DNA from: the human T2T-CHM13v2.0 reference genome, Homo sapiens
Reading direction: 5' to 3' (one strand)
Length of the DNA: 64,000 bases
Assembly (NCBI RefSeq): GCF_009914755.1
Contig: NC_060933.1
Of the stretch, positions 23,201 to 40,824 are shown in pieces. Made by a program: the position numbers and the translations under genes. Each line of letters opens with the position of its first letter. Positions within the stretch are counted from its first letter, which is position 1. The notes under the pieces were generated by a model. That model saw nothing but the letters and a program-made list of their open reading frames with translations. It was not told where the DNA came from and made no database searches.

Positions 23201-26200
23201 CAGGTGCCTACCTGCCTCAAATGGAGGAGGCCTGGCCCCAGAGGGGGAAGCTGGATAGGCCCTGCCATTTCTCAGTTTGTCCCAGGCACATGCCCCAGTC
23301 AAATACGTGGCCAGGAATGGAGATGGGGAAGAGAGCAAATTCACAATTAAACTCTGTCGCTGTTTAATGAGGAGAGTGTTCACCTGGTTAATTTTTCCTG
23401 GCTAGTAGCCACATCAATGCTCTGACCTATGCATGAAACAGACCCGGTTGGGAGGGAAGACAAAGCCTTCTGTAGTTTTACAAAGGGCCTCTGCGCCGAG
23501 AGCAAGGCTCCTCTACACTTTGGGACTGGAAATCTGCTATTATGCAAGGCATGGAAATAAAAGAGGGCTGCTTTTGATATGCCTCCAAAAAGGAGTGCAT
23601 TGAAGCGATATTTTTGTGGAGTGTCTCCTTTGAGATGCCCAAGAAGCTCTCTTGCAGGCACAGCTCTCACCTAGTCCCCAGCGCCCATCGCTGTCTCCGA
23701 TCCTCTCTGTCCGCCCTGGATGAGGGCTGTGCTGCTTGCGGGGGAGGATCAAATACTTGCCTCCACTTCAGAGCTTCAGCCAGGGCAGCTGGAGAAGACC
23801 AGGCCCTGGTGTCACGTAGCGTACAGCATGCTCCTTGCCTGAGCCACTCAGCGGGGCACCCAGAGGAAATGTGGGGATCCTGAGGCCTGAAGCATTTGCA
23901 GAGATAACAAGCTGTCACTCTAGAGGGATATTCCTTGCAAGATGCTGTACAGGAAGGACTTCCACGTCACGCTGAGGAAGAGGTTTCCACTTGCTGAGAG
24001 TCCACTCACACAGGGCAACAAGGACCTGTTTCTTCAGGGAAAGGAAGGGAGGCTGGGAGGGGCCAGGTATTACTCAGGATATCCCAGTGGTCCTGGCGAC
24101 TCTGAGACAGAGGCTCTATTATGATTGCCGCTCTGTAGACAGGGAAAGGGAAGCCCCTTGCCCAAAGGCACAGCACATAGGTAGGACGCAGAGAGGTCGG
24201 GCTGGGCTTCACTCTGAACGGCAGACTCCACAGTGAGGTTTCTGGGTGCCCCACAACTTGCCCTCCAGAGGCGCCACCTGCGAGGGGGATGAGGGGGTGC
24301 TCAGGATCGAAGGGGGTCCTGGAAGAAAAGCCGCAGCACCTGCCGCGGGGTCTCACAGAGATGATCTCCGGAGAGAGCGCGCTCAGGATTCAGGGGCTCG
24401 CCAGTCCTGTCAACGACTCTCTCCGGCTGGGTCCGGGCACTCTCTTTGCCGTGAGTGAGTGCTGAGCTGAAAGACATCTCAGACTGGTCCTGAAGAGCAG
24501 TGCATTCTTCCCCGATGTTGACAGGAGTAGTATTTTGTAGTGGTGCTGGTTAATTTGTAGTGGCATTTGTGGTTTGAAGCCTTGTCAAGATCCCTGATTA
24601 CTTCCCGTGCAAGGAGCTCGGCTGACGGGGAAGTTCACATGCTGAACAAAAGCAGCGAGGCAGCTGTGAGGGAAGGCTGCGTGGGGGCCGGGTGACCCTA
24701 GCCGCTTGGGGGACAGAGGCGGGGGAGGGAGGAGGGCCAGCAGTGGGGCAGGGGGAGGGGAGCCCTTTGTTTTTAGTCGGGTGCAGGTGCACAGTCTGAA
24801 TAGGTGGCATCCCATTGGTGGCCGGAGGTCGGGCACCAGATGCGGCTGGTGCCTGGGCAGGGGCAGGGACCTCGCTGACGTATGCCAATCTTTGCCCAGA
24901 CAGAAGCAGGAGGCAGGCGCCTTGCTGCTGGGATGCATCTAGGATGCTGTCGAGGGTGCCTGGGTGACATTCCCAGGAGGAGGGGGACACGAGGTGAGGT
25001 TAGAGGGGCTTCCAGATGTTGGGGGAAATGATCTCCTCTCTGGGGCTACTATTTTCTGACACTTGCTAGGTACCAGGCCCCGTGCTAGGAGATCTACATG
25101 CGAGGTCTCTATTCATCTCAGCAACCCTCCAAGAATGTGAAAGATGAAGAAACCGAGGCCATGTCACTCAGTGACTTGCCCAGGCCCGGCCTGACAGCTA
25201 ACGGGTGGCAGAGCCAGGATCCAAGCCCAAGTACGCCTGACTCCAAAGAAGCCCACGCTGCTCCCAGGAGACCCGACATACCAACAGCAGAAGAAGATGT
25301 TAAAACGTATCTCCTCGGGTCCGCTCCTCTCTCTCCCCAGAAAGTCCTCCCTCTGACATCCTTTGAGACTTTTGTCCTGCTAAGTCTGTTCTGACCACAC
25401 AGAAAGGTTTGTCTTTGCAGCCGCCTGCATTTCACCAGGCCCGTGTCCCTACTCAGTGAGAATTTGCTCAGTACATTTAAGGACCAGGGCCAGCTCAGCA
25501 AAACCAGGCTCATTTATCATCTCTGGAATGATGTCCACCCTAACAGGATGCAACTAGGAAATGAGAAGAATTCTCCTCATTTTGCAGAGGTCCAGAGAGG
25601 AGTGCATAGCACCCTCTATCTAGAAAGGGAGTCCAGGACTCCTTGGCCAGGCCACCACGAGCCTCCAACTGCTTTCCCTGCCACTGGCAGCCCAGGAGAG
25701 TTGCTCACATCCCTGTCCCCAGCATGCCATTCAAGACCTGGCCCTGCCCCCGATAAACCCCACCACAAGAAGCCCCTTCTTTCCAGCCAGCCCCCTCACG
25801 GGCCATGGCCCTTCACAACACACATGCTGGTCCTATAAGCCCTTCCCTCACTCACCCACCTGATGGATCCCTGCATCCCTCACGACTCTGTTCCCTTCCC
25901 CCAGAAGTTCTCTCTCTATTCCTGGCCCACAAAAGTCGGGCACTCCTACCTCTGTCCTTCCCCTAAGAAGGTGAGTCCTTGAGGGTTCACATCTGGCTCC
26001 TGGCACAAGGCCTGGCACGCGGTCAAGTTAAAGTAAATGGCTGCCCAAGAGTGGGGAACTAGCATCAAATTATCAGTGAAGCCATCACCCAGCATCTGAA
26101 TAATGCCAGACCCGCCAGTCATTGTCCCCATGATTTGAGTTACTTTGTCTGCAAGACTGGCAACATTCCTGGCATGCTTCTGATCAGGAAAAACCCTCTA

Positions 26201-28519
26201 CCTACAGGTTTCCTAGCCTAACAGGTTGAGCCCCAGGGCCATCCCCCAAAGCAATAGACTTTTTGAGTGGAATGCAAACGTGGAAGCAATGGGAAGCTTA
26301 GATATGAAATATCCCAAAATTTCCCTAGTGTGTCTGTTAAAGAAAGATAGTCAGGTTCACCAGACAGAAGGTTTTTTTTTTTTTTCCTTCCCTCAGAACA
26401 AATGGACGGAGAACCTGGTTTTAAAATTCCTGGACCTTGGAATACATTTCTATCTGTGTCAAAGTCTACCCATCCACCGCCTCAGCAGAGTTTAAAATCC
26501 TAGCTAATAGGTTAACAACTGTTTTTCTTCAGCTTCAAATGAAGAATATCAGAAGGCTGGGGGAATATGCGGCTCTCCAATTTGTACGGACTGCACACAG
26601 CTCCCTGCAATGTGTGTTTGACAGGACTGACATTTTGTACTGCTGTGAGATGGGAAAACGTGTGACATTTTTATTCATGGTGGCGTACGCCCTTGTAATG
26701 ATCAGCTCTGGTCGATGTGCTTACCGCAGCAGCCCCTGAGCCCTCGGAGAACAAACAGGAACCCAAGGTGCCAGCAGTTCGACTGCCTTATTAAACACCG
26801 CCAGGATCCTAACGAAGACCAACTGCTGGAAAATCTCACTGTCAAATCCTCAAGGACATTGTCAGCGCACAGCTAACTGCATATATTTTTCATTTAAAAT
26901 ACTGAAATCCAGCATTGTGCCATTACAACCAAGGGGAGGGGCGCCCACTCCAGCGGCCATTCTGTCAGCTGCTTCTTCCAAGCTCCAGATGCTAGAGCCG
27001 GATGCCCGGTGGGGTTCAGAGCTCAAAATGGGGCGGCAGAGACGGGACACTGACTTCCCGAAAGCTCAGCCCTGCCTTCAGGGTGAATGGCTGAAAGTTA
27101 CAGGGCTCCGGTAAGAGTCCCCTGGAAAGGCAACTCACCGGCCCCTTTTGCAAGCCAAAGTGAATCTGCATAATTAGGAAATCTCTCCCTCCCCCAGCCA
27201 GCCCTCTTCCTGTAGGTACAACCCATTACGTCCTGCAACTCGGCGCTCATCAGCCTTCTGCTTGGCGGTAGACCTTAAGACATCTGCAGGAACACATGGC
27301 TGTGGTAGGTTTCACACCTTGGCAGAGAAGCTGTGTGTCAGGGTGCCCACCTGCAATCTCACCACTTGCCTCAATGCAAAGGCCTCAAGGTCAGCGTGCA
27401 GGAGGACCCCCTCCCTTCGGCGGTCATTTCTAATGCTGGTGCACACTGATGGATGGAAGCTGATCACTTGGCAGGCCCTCAAAGCTTTCCGTGGTTGTTA
27501 AACTAGGTGCTTTGGTTATGGCTGCACACGCTCATGTATGGGATATATTTATTTTGTAAATATGCATTATTTATACAGTACTTCTATTTCCATACTCCAG
27601 CCCTGATGCACCAAGATACACGCTACTGTTTATTTATGGGGTCCTTGGCATAACAGGCCTAACAAGAGGCCCGTGTGTGGTTCTTGCAAGTTTGCAACAA
27701 ACTGTAAGTGGTTGGCTAAACAACTGGATGTTCTCCATCCATCACAGGTACAGGCCTGCATTTTAAGGGGCTACCCGTAAAGTTGGTTTAGCATAATACT
27801 GTACATCATCCTTGGTGGAAATGGCCTGGGGGCTGAAGAGCTGGCAACCTGGAGGGAAGGAGCCATAACATTCCACACCCTAGGCTGGGGAGAGGGGGTG
27901 GAGTAAGTTACGGGTATCCTGGTGCTTACAGCACTCTGGGAGAGTATAAAAAGGAAGGTGGTTGGTAGACAGCCCTGGGGAAAATGCAGGGACAGTGAGG
28001 GTTGGGGGAGCTGTACCCTCTTTCCTCCAAGCAGGCTATTCTGCCCCTGAGCAGAAACTTCTAGTCTGGGTTGCTGAGGGAGGGTGTCCATCAATCCTGC
28101 ACACCCCAAGGGACATCCCTTCCTCACGGACTGTACTTCAAGCCTCACTGGGGCATGCTGGCTGGATGAAGAGGAACACAGCCTGTGTCCAGCCCTGTGC
28201 TATTCTATGATCAGCTTCAACAGTTCCCACGCAGGACATCCGGCTGCCCGCCAAGTTGTGTCCTTTGGGTCTCCTAAATGTCTCTAGGATGATTTTCTCA
28301 TCTTTACCCCCAGAAGCAGTGTCCTAGATTAGGCTCCCACCAGCCCTGGCCTGAGCAATGTCCGTGGGATCATCAGTGGTCTCTCTGCCTCAACTACTTC
28401 CATCCCCTTCCACAGTGGCCCAGCATACATATTCCCAGCTGCTATTTCTCTGAATACAACCCTCGTTGGCTCCTAGGCACCTATGGGATAAAATTCAAGC
28501 TCCCCCACCTGGGGTGGGG

Positions 28520-28710
28520 AGAGCCCAGGTTCCAGCATCAGATAGGCCTGGATTTTAATTCTTGCTCTGCCACTTACTGTGTGACCTTGGTCAAGGTGCT
28601 TAACCTCTCTGAGCATCAGCTATCTGGGGATCATCATAACTGCATCAGTCTTAGAGGGCTGTTGAGAACATTAAGTGAGACGAAGTTTGTGAAGGGGCTT
28701 GGCTGAGACA
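28520..28710 (+). mobile_element. MIR SINE
   Basis: ctctgccacttactgtgtgaccttgg...cttaacctctctgagc; boundaries approximate. Confidence 0.7.
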
Positions 28711-31700
28711 CAGGAGGTCTACATTGTAATGAAAACCCCTAGGTCCACCTAACCCCTTTTTACTCTCCATCTCTTGGTTAGTCCTTGCCATCCCTTCCTC
28801 TGGGCACAGCCAGGTTAATAATTTCCTTAGCCCGCAGGCACTACCTGGCTCTGCCAGGGCTAGGGACTGATGGTGGATGTGCGACAAGCAGCCTCTGGCA
28901 CAGCACTCCTGTGACCATGGGGCGGGGACTCCCTGCACAGCCACAGATACAGAGCTGACTCTCTAAGGTGATCTCGCATGTGGTATATAATTTATTTTCA
29001 ATATTTTATGTTTTATTTCCCCTTCCCTGCTGTGATAAACTCCCCACCTCTGGCACAGAGAATTCTAATCTGAGAAAATGTCTCCTCTGGTCTCGCTGAA
29101 TCAGATTTCCTGCTCTTGTCCTGTTGGGCTCAATATCTCCCCGGCAGGGAGCTGGATTCTGAGCAGCTCCGACACAGACCTTTAAAGAAATGCCGTTTGT
29201 AGGCTCTGGCCAGTCCTTTGGCAGAGAAGCCCCGCTGTCACACCGCTGAAGGTGGAGCCTTGGGGGACTCAGGATCCTGTCCCTCACAACCTGGCGCCGC
29301 GTGCGGGGATTCTAAAGCGCGTGCAGGCGCCGCAGAACAAGTCACTGCCTTTTGCTGGATTTCTCTTGCTCTGCTGAACCGACTGACTACTCAAGGGCAC
29401 AAGGAGTGAGTGGACCTGGCCTCGCCTCTTCCCCACGTCACTGCCTTTCCTGCCCGCACTCATTCACCACTTGGTCATTCCCCAAACTCTCATGGGGCAG
29501 CTCGTCTGTGCCAGGCCCTGTGAGGGTGCCAAGGATACAGAGAAGGCCAATTCTGTCCTTTTCTGTGGGACAGGGTATAAATGCATCCCCAGCAAGCCAG
29601 CATAGGGACAGTGCCGGCTCAGAGCAGCAAGGGAATGACTGGGCTTGGAGAAGTCGGTGGAGGTGGGGGCTTGTCAAGGGAAGGCGATGCCTGAGCAGGG
29701 CCTTGAAGGGTTGGGAGGATTTTCTGTTCAGGTGGAACAGAAGAGGAAAATCATTCCTGGCAGCAGAGATGGTAGGGGCTGATTCATCCCTGGGTCCCCC
29801 AGTGCAGATGCCCATGAAGAGCTGGTGAACAAATAAATACGAGGCGCTAGGGACTAGAGAAGAAGGGACTCTGCCCAGGGCAGGGGCACTTCACAGAGTC
29901 CTGGAGGGTGGGCAGGAACTGCCAGGAGTGGAGGATGGCAGGGAGCTCCAGACTAGAAGGCCTAGCTGTGGTCAGGGTGGGCTTGGTAGGGGTGGTGGTG
30001 ATTTCTGGCAGGGAGGGTCCTGGAGGCTGGGTACGTCCTCTTGACCATGCAGGCAAACCAGTGGTCAGGGAGAGAATCCTGGAGAGGTGCCACATTCGGG
30101 AGGCTGCAGGCCCTGCCTATCTCAACGTGTGCTGATGCTTTCTGATACCCATTGTGCCTCACAGACCAGTCGAGGAGAGAGACACAGGACCCCAGGGATA
30201 TGAGGAATGTATGGGTACAGAGGAGCTGACACCTTGGTGGAACTGGGGTACAGCTGGTTTGGGAAGTCTGACTAAGACATTCTAGTAGCTGAAGCTTGTG
30301 AAACAGGAATGAGCTAGAAACAGAAACCTGGAGCTCCCAGAACAAAGGTGGTGCTAGAAACCACAGGTAGAGCTCCTCGTGGCTGCTAAGGGAGTAGAGT
30401 TAGAGGCAGAATGGAGCCAGGGAGGAGCTCCATCTAAGGGAAGGGAGGACCAAACACAGGTCCTAGGTGCAAAGCCCAGCTCAGACCTCCCTCTCTGGCT
30501 GGACTCTACAGGGCAATCAGTCAGCCATTCTGCAGCCAGCCTAGTTTCTGTTCCTCTTTGTGTATTTTAGTTGAGCTTTTCTGGAGACCATAACTTGCAC
30601 CAAAGAAATTATTTAAAAGGTGAGAAATGTCCATTGCAACTGGCTGTGGAAAGCAAGTGGGGACGCCTGGACCAGGGGCAGATACTTAACATGAAATCAG
30701 TTGCCACCTCATCGCAGAACAGCCTGGAACAGCCACTGTGTTTAGTTTCTCTGGTTTGGAACCCTCCCCATGCATCTCAGACACAGCCTGAAGAAGATGC
30801 ACACTCCCATCTTAGAAAGACAAGCTCTCTGCCTAGTCCTTGAAGCAGATAAAAAGCAAGGGTGTTAACAAAACATTCCATCTATTTCACAGTGATCTCT
30901 AGCAAGCTGGCCGTGAGGAGCTGATGGGCACCTCATGAGAATGCTGGTGGGGAGACCACCCTGAGGACCAAACTTGTTGGGGTTTAGAACAAACAAAAAG
31001 GGCACTTAGAGATGCCCTATGGCATGATCACACAAGCACAAATCTGGGCCTTTCAAAACTACCAGATGGATTCTGTCCATCAGGATTACGTTGAACCACT
31101 CACCACGAGAATGTTAGACCCCTGAAGTCAGGAACCGTGTCATTGCCATCTCTGTTTTCACAGATGTGGCACAGAGTAGGCATCAGTGATGATTTGCTGA
31201 ACGAATGACCTAGGTTCTTAGCTTCTACCCTTCTCCTCTCCTAGCCCCGGGACTGCAGTGGACTTTGTCACACTTGAGTCTCCAGAAGCTATCGCAGGCA
31301 ACGGCAGACAGCTGTGCCCATCTCTACACCCTGCCTCCTACCTCCCTGGTCTGCCATGCGCTAACCTGCCATTTCTCTTCTGTCCCTCCTCTATCTGGTG
31401 CCCTGGTTAATGTCTGACCTTGACTCTCAGCCCTGCATGCTCTCTCGGTTTTAGGATCCCCACAGGTCTGGTATGAACCGTTCTCTGCTGTGAGACAAGT
31501 GGACAAAGAGCTGAGACAGTGTCTCCTGTTTGGCTTCTGTGCACATTGTCAACTTGATCTTCTCTCCCTTCTTTTGATAATGGCCCCAATTTCCCTTTCA
31601 GGAATGACCCCTTAGGTATATGCTTCAGGTGGGGCCCTACCTGCAGCACACAAAAAACCCTTGGCCTCAATAATTGGTTCCGATGGGCATATAATCAGTC

Positions 31701-31755
31701 AGTCCAGCGAGTCAATGCCGTGCCTTGCGTGGGAGTTACTAGGAAGTGACAGTCA

Positions 31756-34711
<2,956 letters not shown>

Positions 34712-34712
<1 letters not shown>

Positions 34713-34900
34713 AAAATTAGCCAGGTGCGGTGGTGTGCACCTATATAGTCCCAGCAACTTGGGGGCTGAGGCAGGAGGATGGCTTGAGCCTGGAAGGTTG
34801 AGGCTGCGGTGAGCCGAGATCATGCCACTGCACTCTAGCCTGGGTGACAGAGTGAGGCCCTGTCTCAAGCAAAACAAAAGCAAAAAACAAAAACCAAAAA
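34712..34900 (+). mobile_element. Alu right arm (3' half of the split AluJ)
   Basis: aaaaattagccaggtgcgg...tail, followed by tggggtct, which matches the flank before 31886. Confidence 0.9.
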
Positions 34901-36999
34901 ACTGGGGTCTGATGAACATGACTGGATACCAAGCCATACCTGAAGCTAGCATAAGCCAACAATTTCTCTTTTGGATTTTATGTCTCATGTACCCTAACTA
35001 AATGTAGACACTGCTAAATGTATTAGGTTGATGCCAAAGTAATTGTGGGTATGGGGTTGGACTGCCCTCTGGTACCTCCAGTGCTAGCTCCCACACATGC
35101 TCAGTTTTTACCCTGCATTCTACTCTCTCACACACACCAGAAAATCATCCAACATGCCTTTGGGGTCTAGGGCTAAGTTTGAGCCTACACCAGGTACAGG
35201 ATACCAGCTTACTTGTCTTGGTTCCAACTGAGGCCCAGAAACATTAAGGAGGGCCTAAGATCTGTAAGAATACCAGAACAGTCTCACTTGTGGTCCACCC
35301 TCCTGGGATCCTGAGCCACCTGCCCAGGTGGCTGCACTGGCCCTCTCACTACAACCCAGGAAACTGCCATGTTCTCAGCACAGAGTTGGGCAAGAACCCA
35401 AGCTTTAGAATAAACAATGTAGCTTTGAATCCTGTTGCTTCTGACTTGTGTAATCTTGACTAAGGCCCATTCTCTGTGAGCCTGTCTCCTCCTCTCCAAG
35501 AGAGGATACCACCTGAGCCCCTTACAGGTTGGCTGGAGGGATTCAGTAGGCTAACCTACTGGAATGGCCTAGCATGCTCCCTGGAGCTGGAACAGAGACC
35601 CATTCCCTCCAGGTCTCAGTGTGGAGCTTGGTGGGCAGTGAGCAATTCATCTCCATGCCCCTCCCACACTACTCTTAGGCCATCCCAACACCTAGCACAT
35701 ACGGGATGCTTAAATTGACCTTATAGTGCTCAAGTCCTAGAAGGAGGGATGGTCTGGACGGTCTGGAGGGGTGGACTAAGCTTGGTCCCTAGCCCTTCTG
35801 CAGCCAACATGAACTTGGGCTGAACAGAGGTGGTACAGCTTAGAGAGCAAACTACTGTTTTGCACCTGGATTTTCACTCAGCTGCTGACATTTCTCAGTT
35901 CTTCCATGGTACATCAGGAGCCCTGGCCTCACCGTGGAGCTCTCTGGCCTTCTCCAGCTCTCTATAACGAGAGGAATACCACCCGAGGAGGCCACGCTGA
36001 ATGCCTAATCACATAGCTCCCGAATGTTCAACTCAATCGTTATGAATGTCCAGAATCTGATTTCTCTTTTTTGATTGGCAAGTTTTTCCTCCCGAAATCA
36101 AATATGTCTGCTCAAAGGAGCAAACCCCAGCCTTGTTAACCTTTCATCAGAAAGCTGTCTCTGGGCTAGCCTGGGCTCTGAAAAGGTGAGTGCACGTGGA
36201 AAGACAGGCCTAGCCAGCCACCCTCATCAGGGAGACCTGAGAAATGCACCACCAATTAGGGGCCACGCTGCTCTTGGTCATGGCAGCGAATGAGTCCAAA
36301 CAACTCTGGACAGCCACCCCATGGGGACCGAAGGGAGGGCACTGTCACGGTCACCCTACAGTGGGCACAGAGGCCGGATCAGAGCAGGAGGAGCTGGAGG
36401 GAGCGGAGTGGGGAGATCACCACCGTACCTCTGCTCACTCACACAAAGACATGGATGAGAGGGGAAGAAACGGGGGCAACGGAAAAGGAGAAATATGCTT
36501 TGGAAACAACAGGGGTTGAAAGAGAGGTGTGCAGGGTATACCGCCTCATGGACTGTGGGCGCGTGACTGGGATGGGCAGAAAAAATGACTGGATTGTAGA
36601 CCGCAATGCCCACCACTAGGTACCTTCTGCCCCAACCTGCCCCATAGCCCCTTCTTTCCACATGTTTGACTCAGGCTTGGGCAGCATTATCCACTCTTGC
36701 TGGTACCAGCTCCTGGCCTGCTCCCTCTGCCTGGTGGCACTGGGCCTCCTCTGGGCTTGGGTTTTGCCTTTCCCACCCAGAGGTGTAGGGACACAGGTCA
36801 GTTGCCATGTGTGCATGCATAGGGCCGCCCCTGAGGGACTGCGCGCTCTGAGAGCCTCGGTGAAGGCCAAGCACTGGGAAGACAGGGTTGGGTAGGAGGC
36901 AGTGTCAGCAAATGATTGACAGCCAGCTCCACTCTTGCACATTGGGGAAAGAGACTGATATTTACCAGGGGCCTGTGTGCCAGCGCTGAGCTCGGTACT

Positions 37000-37180
37000 T
37001 AAAGGCAATATCTCATTTAATCCTTATAGCAACCTATGACGTGGACCCCTCTAGAGATGTGGAAACGGAATTTCACTGAGGCTAAGTAACTTACTGAAGG
37101 TCACCAGCTAGTGAGTGGCACAGCTGAAACTTAAGTCCAGAACTGCCCGATTCTAAAACCTGTGCTTCATCCACTCTAAC
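37000..37180 (-). mobile_element. MIR SINE
   Basis: tctcatttaatcct...agatgtggaaac...gaggctaagtaacttactgaaggtcac; boundaries approximate. Confidence 0.7.
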
Positions 37181-37806
37181 TCATTGTCTCCAGGAACTGA
37201 TCCACATTTGCCTTTCAGCAGGTACATCTTGGGGAAACAGGAGATTATATTTGCTTTCTCTCTCTTCTCTACACATGGATCTTATATATGTGTGAGCCTG
37301 TGTGTGTACATGATGTGTAATGTTTTTTCAAATACCATTTGAAAGTAAGTTGCAAGCATTGTGTTACTTCACCCCACAGACTTCAGCCTGCCTCTCCTAG
37401 GAATAAAGATAAACCCCTACAAAACTATCATATTAACATTAATCCCACATCATCATCTAACATTCCAGTCCATCTTCAAATTTTCCAACTTTCCCAAGAA
37501 TGTCTTTAAAGCTTTTTTCTTTTTTCTTTTTTTTAAAAAAACAACAACACATAATCCAAGTTAGGTTCACACTTTGCACTTGGTCATGTATCCTAGTCTC
37601 TTTCACAGATAAAACCTTTACGCCTAATTTATCCTGTTGCTTGCTTCGCTTGATGTGACTCAAGGGATGATGGGCCCCTCCCTTCCCCTGACTGCTTTCC
37701 CCACTGTGCTGCTCCTGCACAGCTCTGCCCATCCTTGGGCACAGGAGAAGGGGGGTCCCAGTTCCCTGCCTCATTCCTCTCCATTCCCTTCCGGGGACAC
37801 CTATGA

Positions 37807-38218
<412 letters not shown>

Positions 38219-40515
38219 TGAATTTGGAAATAGTTTGTGACCACTAAGGGAATGTTCATTTTTCTTCTTCAAATGAATTAGAATTACAAGCATAGCAACA
38301 GAAATGAAACCAAATAACTTGCTGAATGCACAGCAAGTGCTTCAACAACAATCAATTATTCCTTAATTTAAACATCCACACCAATAATAAAACCCCAGGA
38401 TGTGCACTGACTGCCAGCTCAGTGCCAGGCCCTGCAGTGGACTTTCTGGTGGGAAGGCAAGCATTAAAGAAAAATTGCAGGGCTGCGTGACAAGCGGCGT
38501 GTGCATAGTCCTGGGGTAGCACGAGGACAGAAGCAACTCACTCTTCCTAGGGGAGTTGGGAGAATTTACCAGGAGGCCTGCTCTGGGATTGGACAGGCAG
38601 GTCACAAAGGGGCCAAGGAGGAAGATGGAGTCTTTAGGAGAGGCTGGGAGCGGGGGTGAGGCGGCCACTAGTGCATGCTTACAGTAAGTGCATGCTTACA
38701 GTGGACCCGGCTTACAGTGGACCCGGCAAGGCCACATGGGGACTACAGGGAGTACCAGTTAGGAGCCTGTGAAACAGTCCAGGTGAATGATTATGCTGCC
38801 TGCACCACAGCTGTGGCAAAGGTGATGGAGAGGAGAGGATGAAGTAGTGTTCAGGGGTGGAAGGAGAGGATCTGGGGAGAAGGAGGGCGGAGCCTGGCTC
38901 TGGATGGCCAGCCTGTGTCATTCACTGGGGTGGAAGATGGAGGAGTGAGTTTGGTGGGGAGTGTATGTTCAGACCAGAGGCCTGGGGTGTGCAGTATCCT
39001 GAGAACATGGGAGCACCTGCTGGAGGTGGTGAGGAGGCAATGGCTGAAGTGAAGGGAATTGCATGTGGCTTCCAAGCTCAGTGGGGCAAGAGGACTCTCT
39101 CAGGGCACTCAGAGCCAAGGGTGCTGAGAAGGCATTTGCTAGCTCGGCATCTTCTCCAGCCTAGCATGGGATTGGCACTAAATGACCTGGCTGATGACCC
39201 TGATGCCAGAATTCTCCATACGCAGAGACAAGCCGGCAACCACATCCCAAGAGCTGTTCCTGGGGCTGCTATCCAGACCTCCCTGCCACAGTTCTCTGGA
39301 AGCCACGGTGGTGCTTGGTTTTGGTTTTGGTTTAACCAGCTTTTCAAACTTTACATTAAAGAGGTTTAGAAACCTTTGTTCAGATGGGAGAAGAACAGAG
39401 GCAGCACCTTTCAATACATGCTTTTTGCAATCTATCAGATTGGAAGGCAGGCAACTACTTTGTTTGCAGATCAGTCATTTGGAGGAAATACAAAGAAGGG
39501 GGCCCTGGAAGGGGTTTGCTGTGATATTCTCAGGGAAGCCTCAGTCTCTAGCCTTGGCTATCTGCACCTAGGACTAGGGTCCAGTGTCACTGAACTCACA
39601 CAATCAGGCCATTCTCCTGGCAAGGAGGGAGAGCTGCACACAGCCAAGAGAAGCAGAGGTGCTGCTGCTGCTGGATTTGGAGTAGGAATTAGCTACTCAT
39701 TCCAGCAACGCCGTTCCAGTGTGCCTCCTCACGTGTACGATGGGTAAAATGATTTCTTCCTCACCCGCTGATGGCAAAGTCTCAAGTCAGTGCTCACGGA
39801 TGTGAAAGCATCTATGGCTCACCCATCTTATTAAATGTAGGGAGCAGAGCAGTTTCCACAGGGGTCCTCGGGAGGGAAGCCAGTCAAGGCCAGCCATTCT
39901 AACCAAGGGGTGCCCAGGGCTGCCGGGGAGGACACCGCTCACTCACTCCTTCTATAGCTGTGGGAAGGAGGAGCTTCCATTTCCTACCCTAGGAGAGAAA
40001 ACCAGGGGGGAATCCTTGGCTTGGCCAGGCACCCTCTTGTTCAACCCCTCCCAGAGGAAGAGGAAGAATGCCTTCCCGGGGAGTCTGGGAGAAGGAACTG
40101 AGCTCCATCACCCCTTCCAGCTCCCTCCTGGGGAGCAGCCAGGGCAACGCCCTCCCGCAGCTCCTCCTTGCTAGGAGTCTATGGGCAGCTCCAACCTGGA
40201 GAGACCTGCCATTGTCCACTTATCTCGAGTGGAGAAACGCGGTCTTCACATTCTCAGGTGAAGTGTTTGCAACATTTGCCTTCAGGTCTAATGCAATATT
40301 CTCCTTTCAGGCTTATCAATAAACACAGCTGGCACTTTTATCTCATTTGACTGTCCCCTGGGCTTTGTTTCCCAAATGATACTAAACTTGAGAAGGGGAA
40401 AACAGTAATTTAAAGCCTCTCTAAACTGCGACATCTTCCAAGGCAGGAATAGGCATTCTCAAGTTGACACTTTTGAATTCTTAAAGAAACTACGTGATCA
40501 GGAGGCAGAGGCTAA

Positions 40516-40824
<309 letters not shown>

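Noticed and set aside
24259-24277. CTCF-like CCTCCAGAGGCGCC
   Set aside because: One base short of the core spacing; not a good match.
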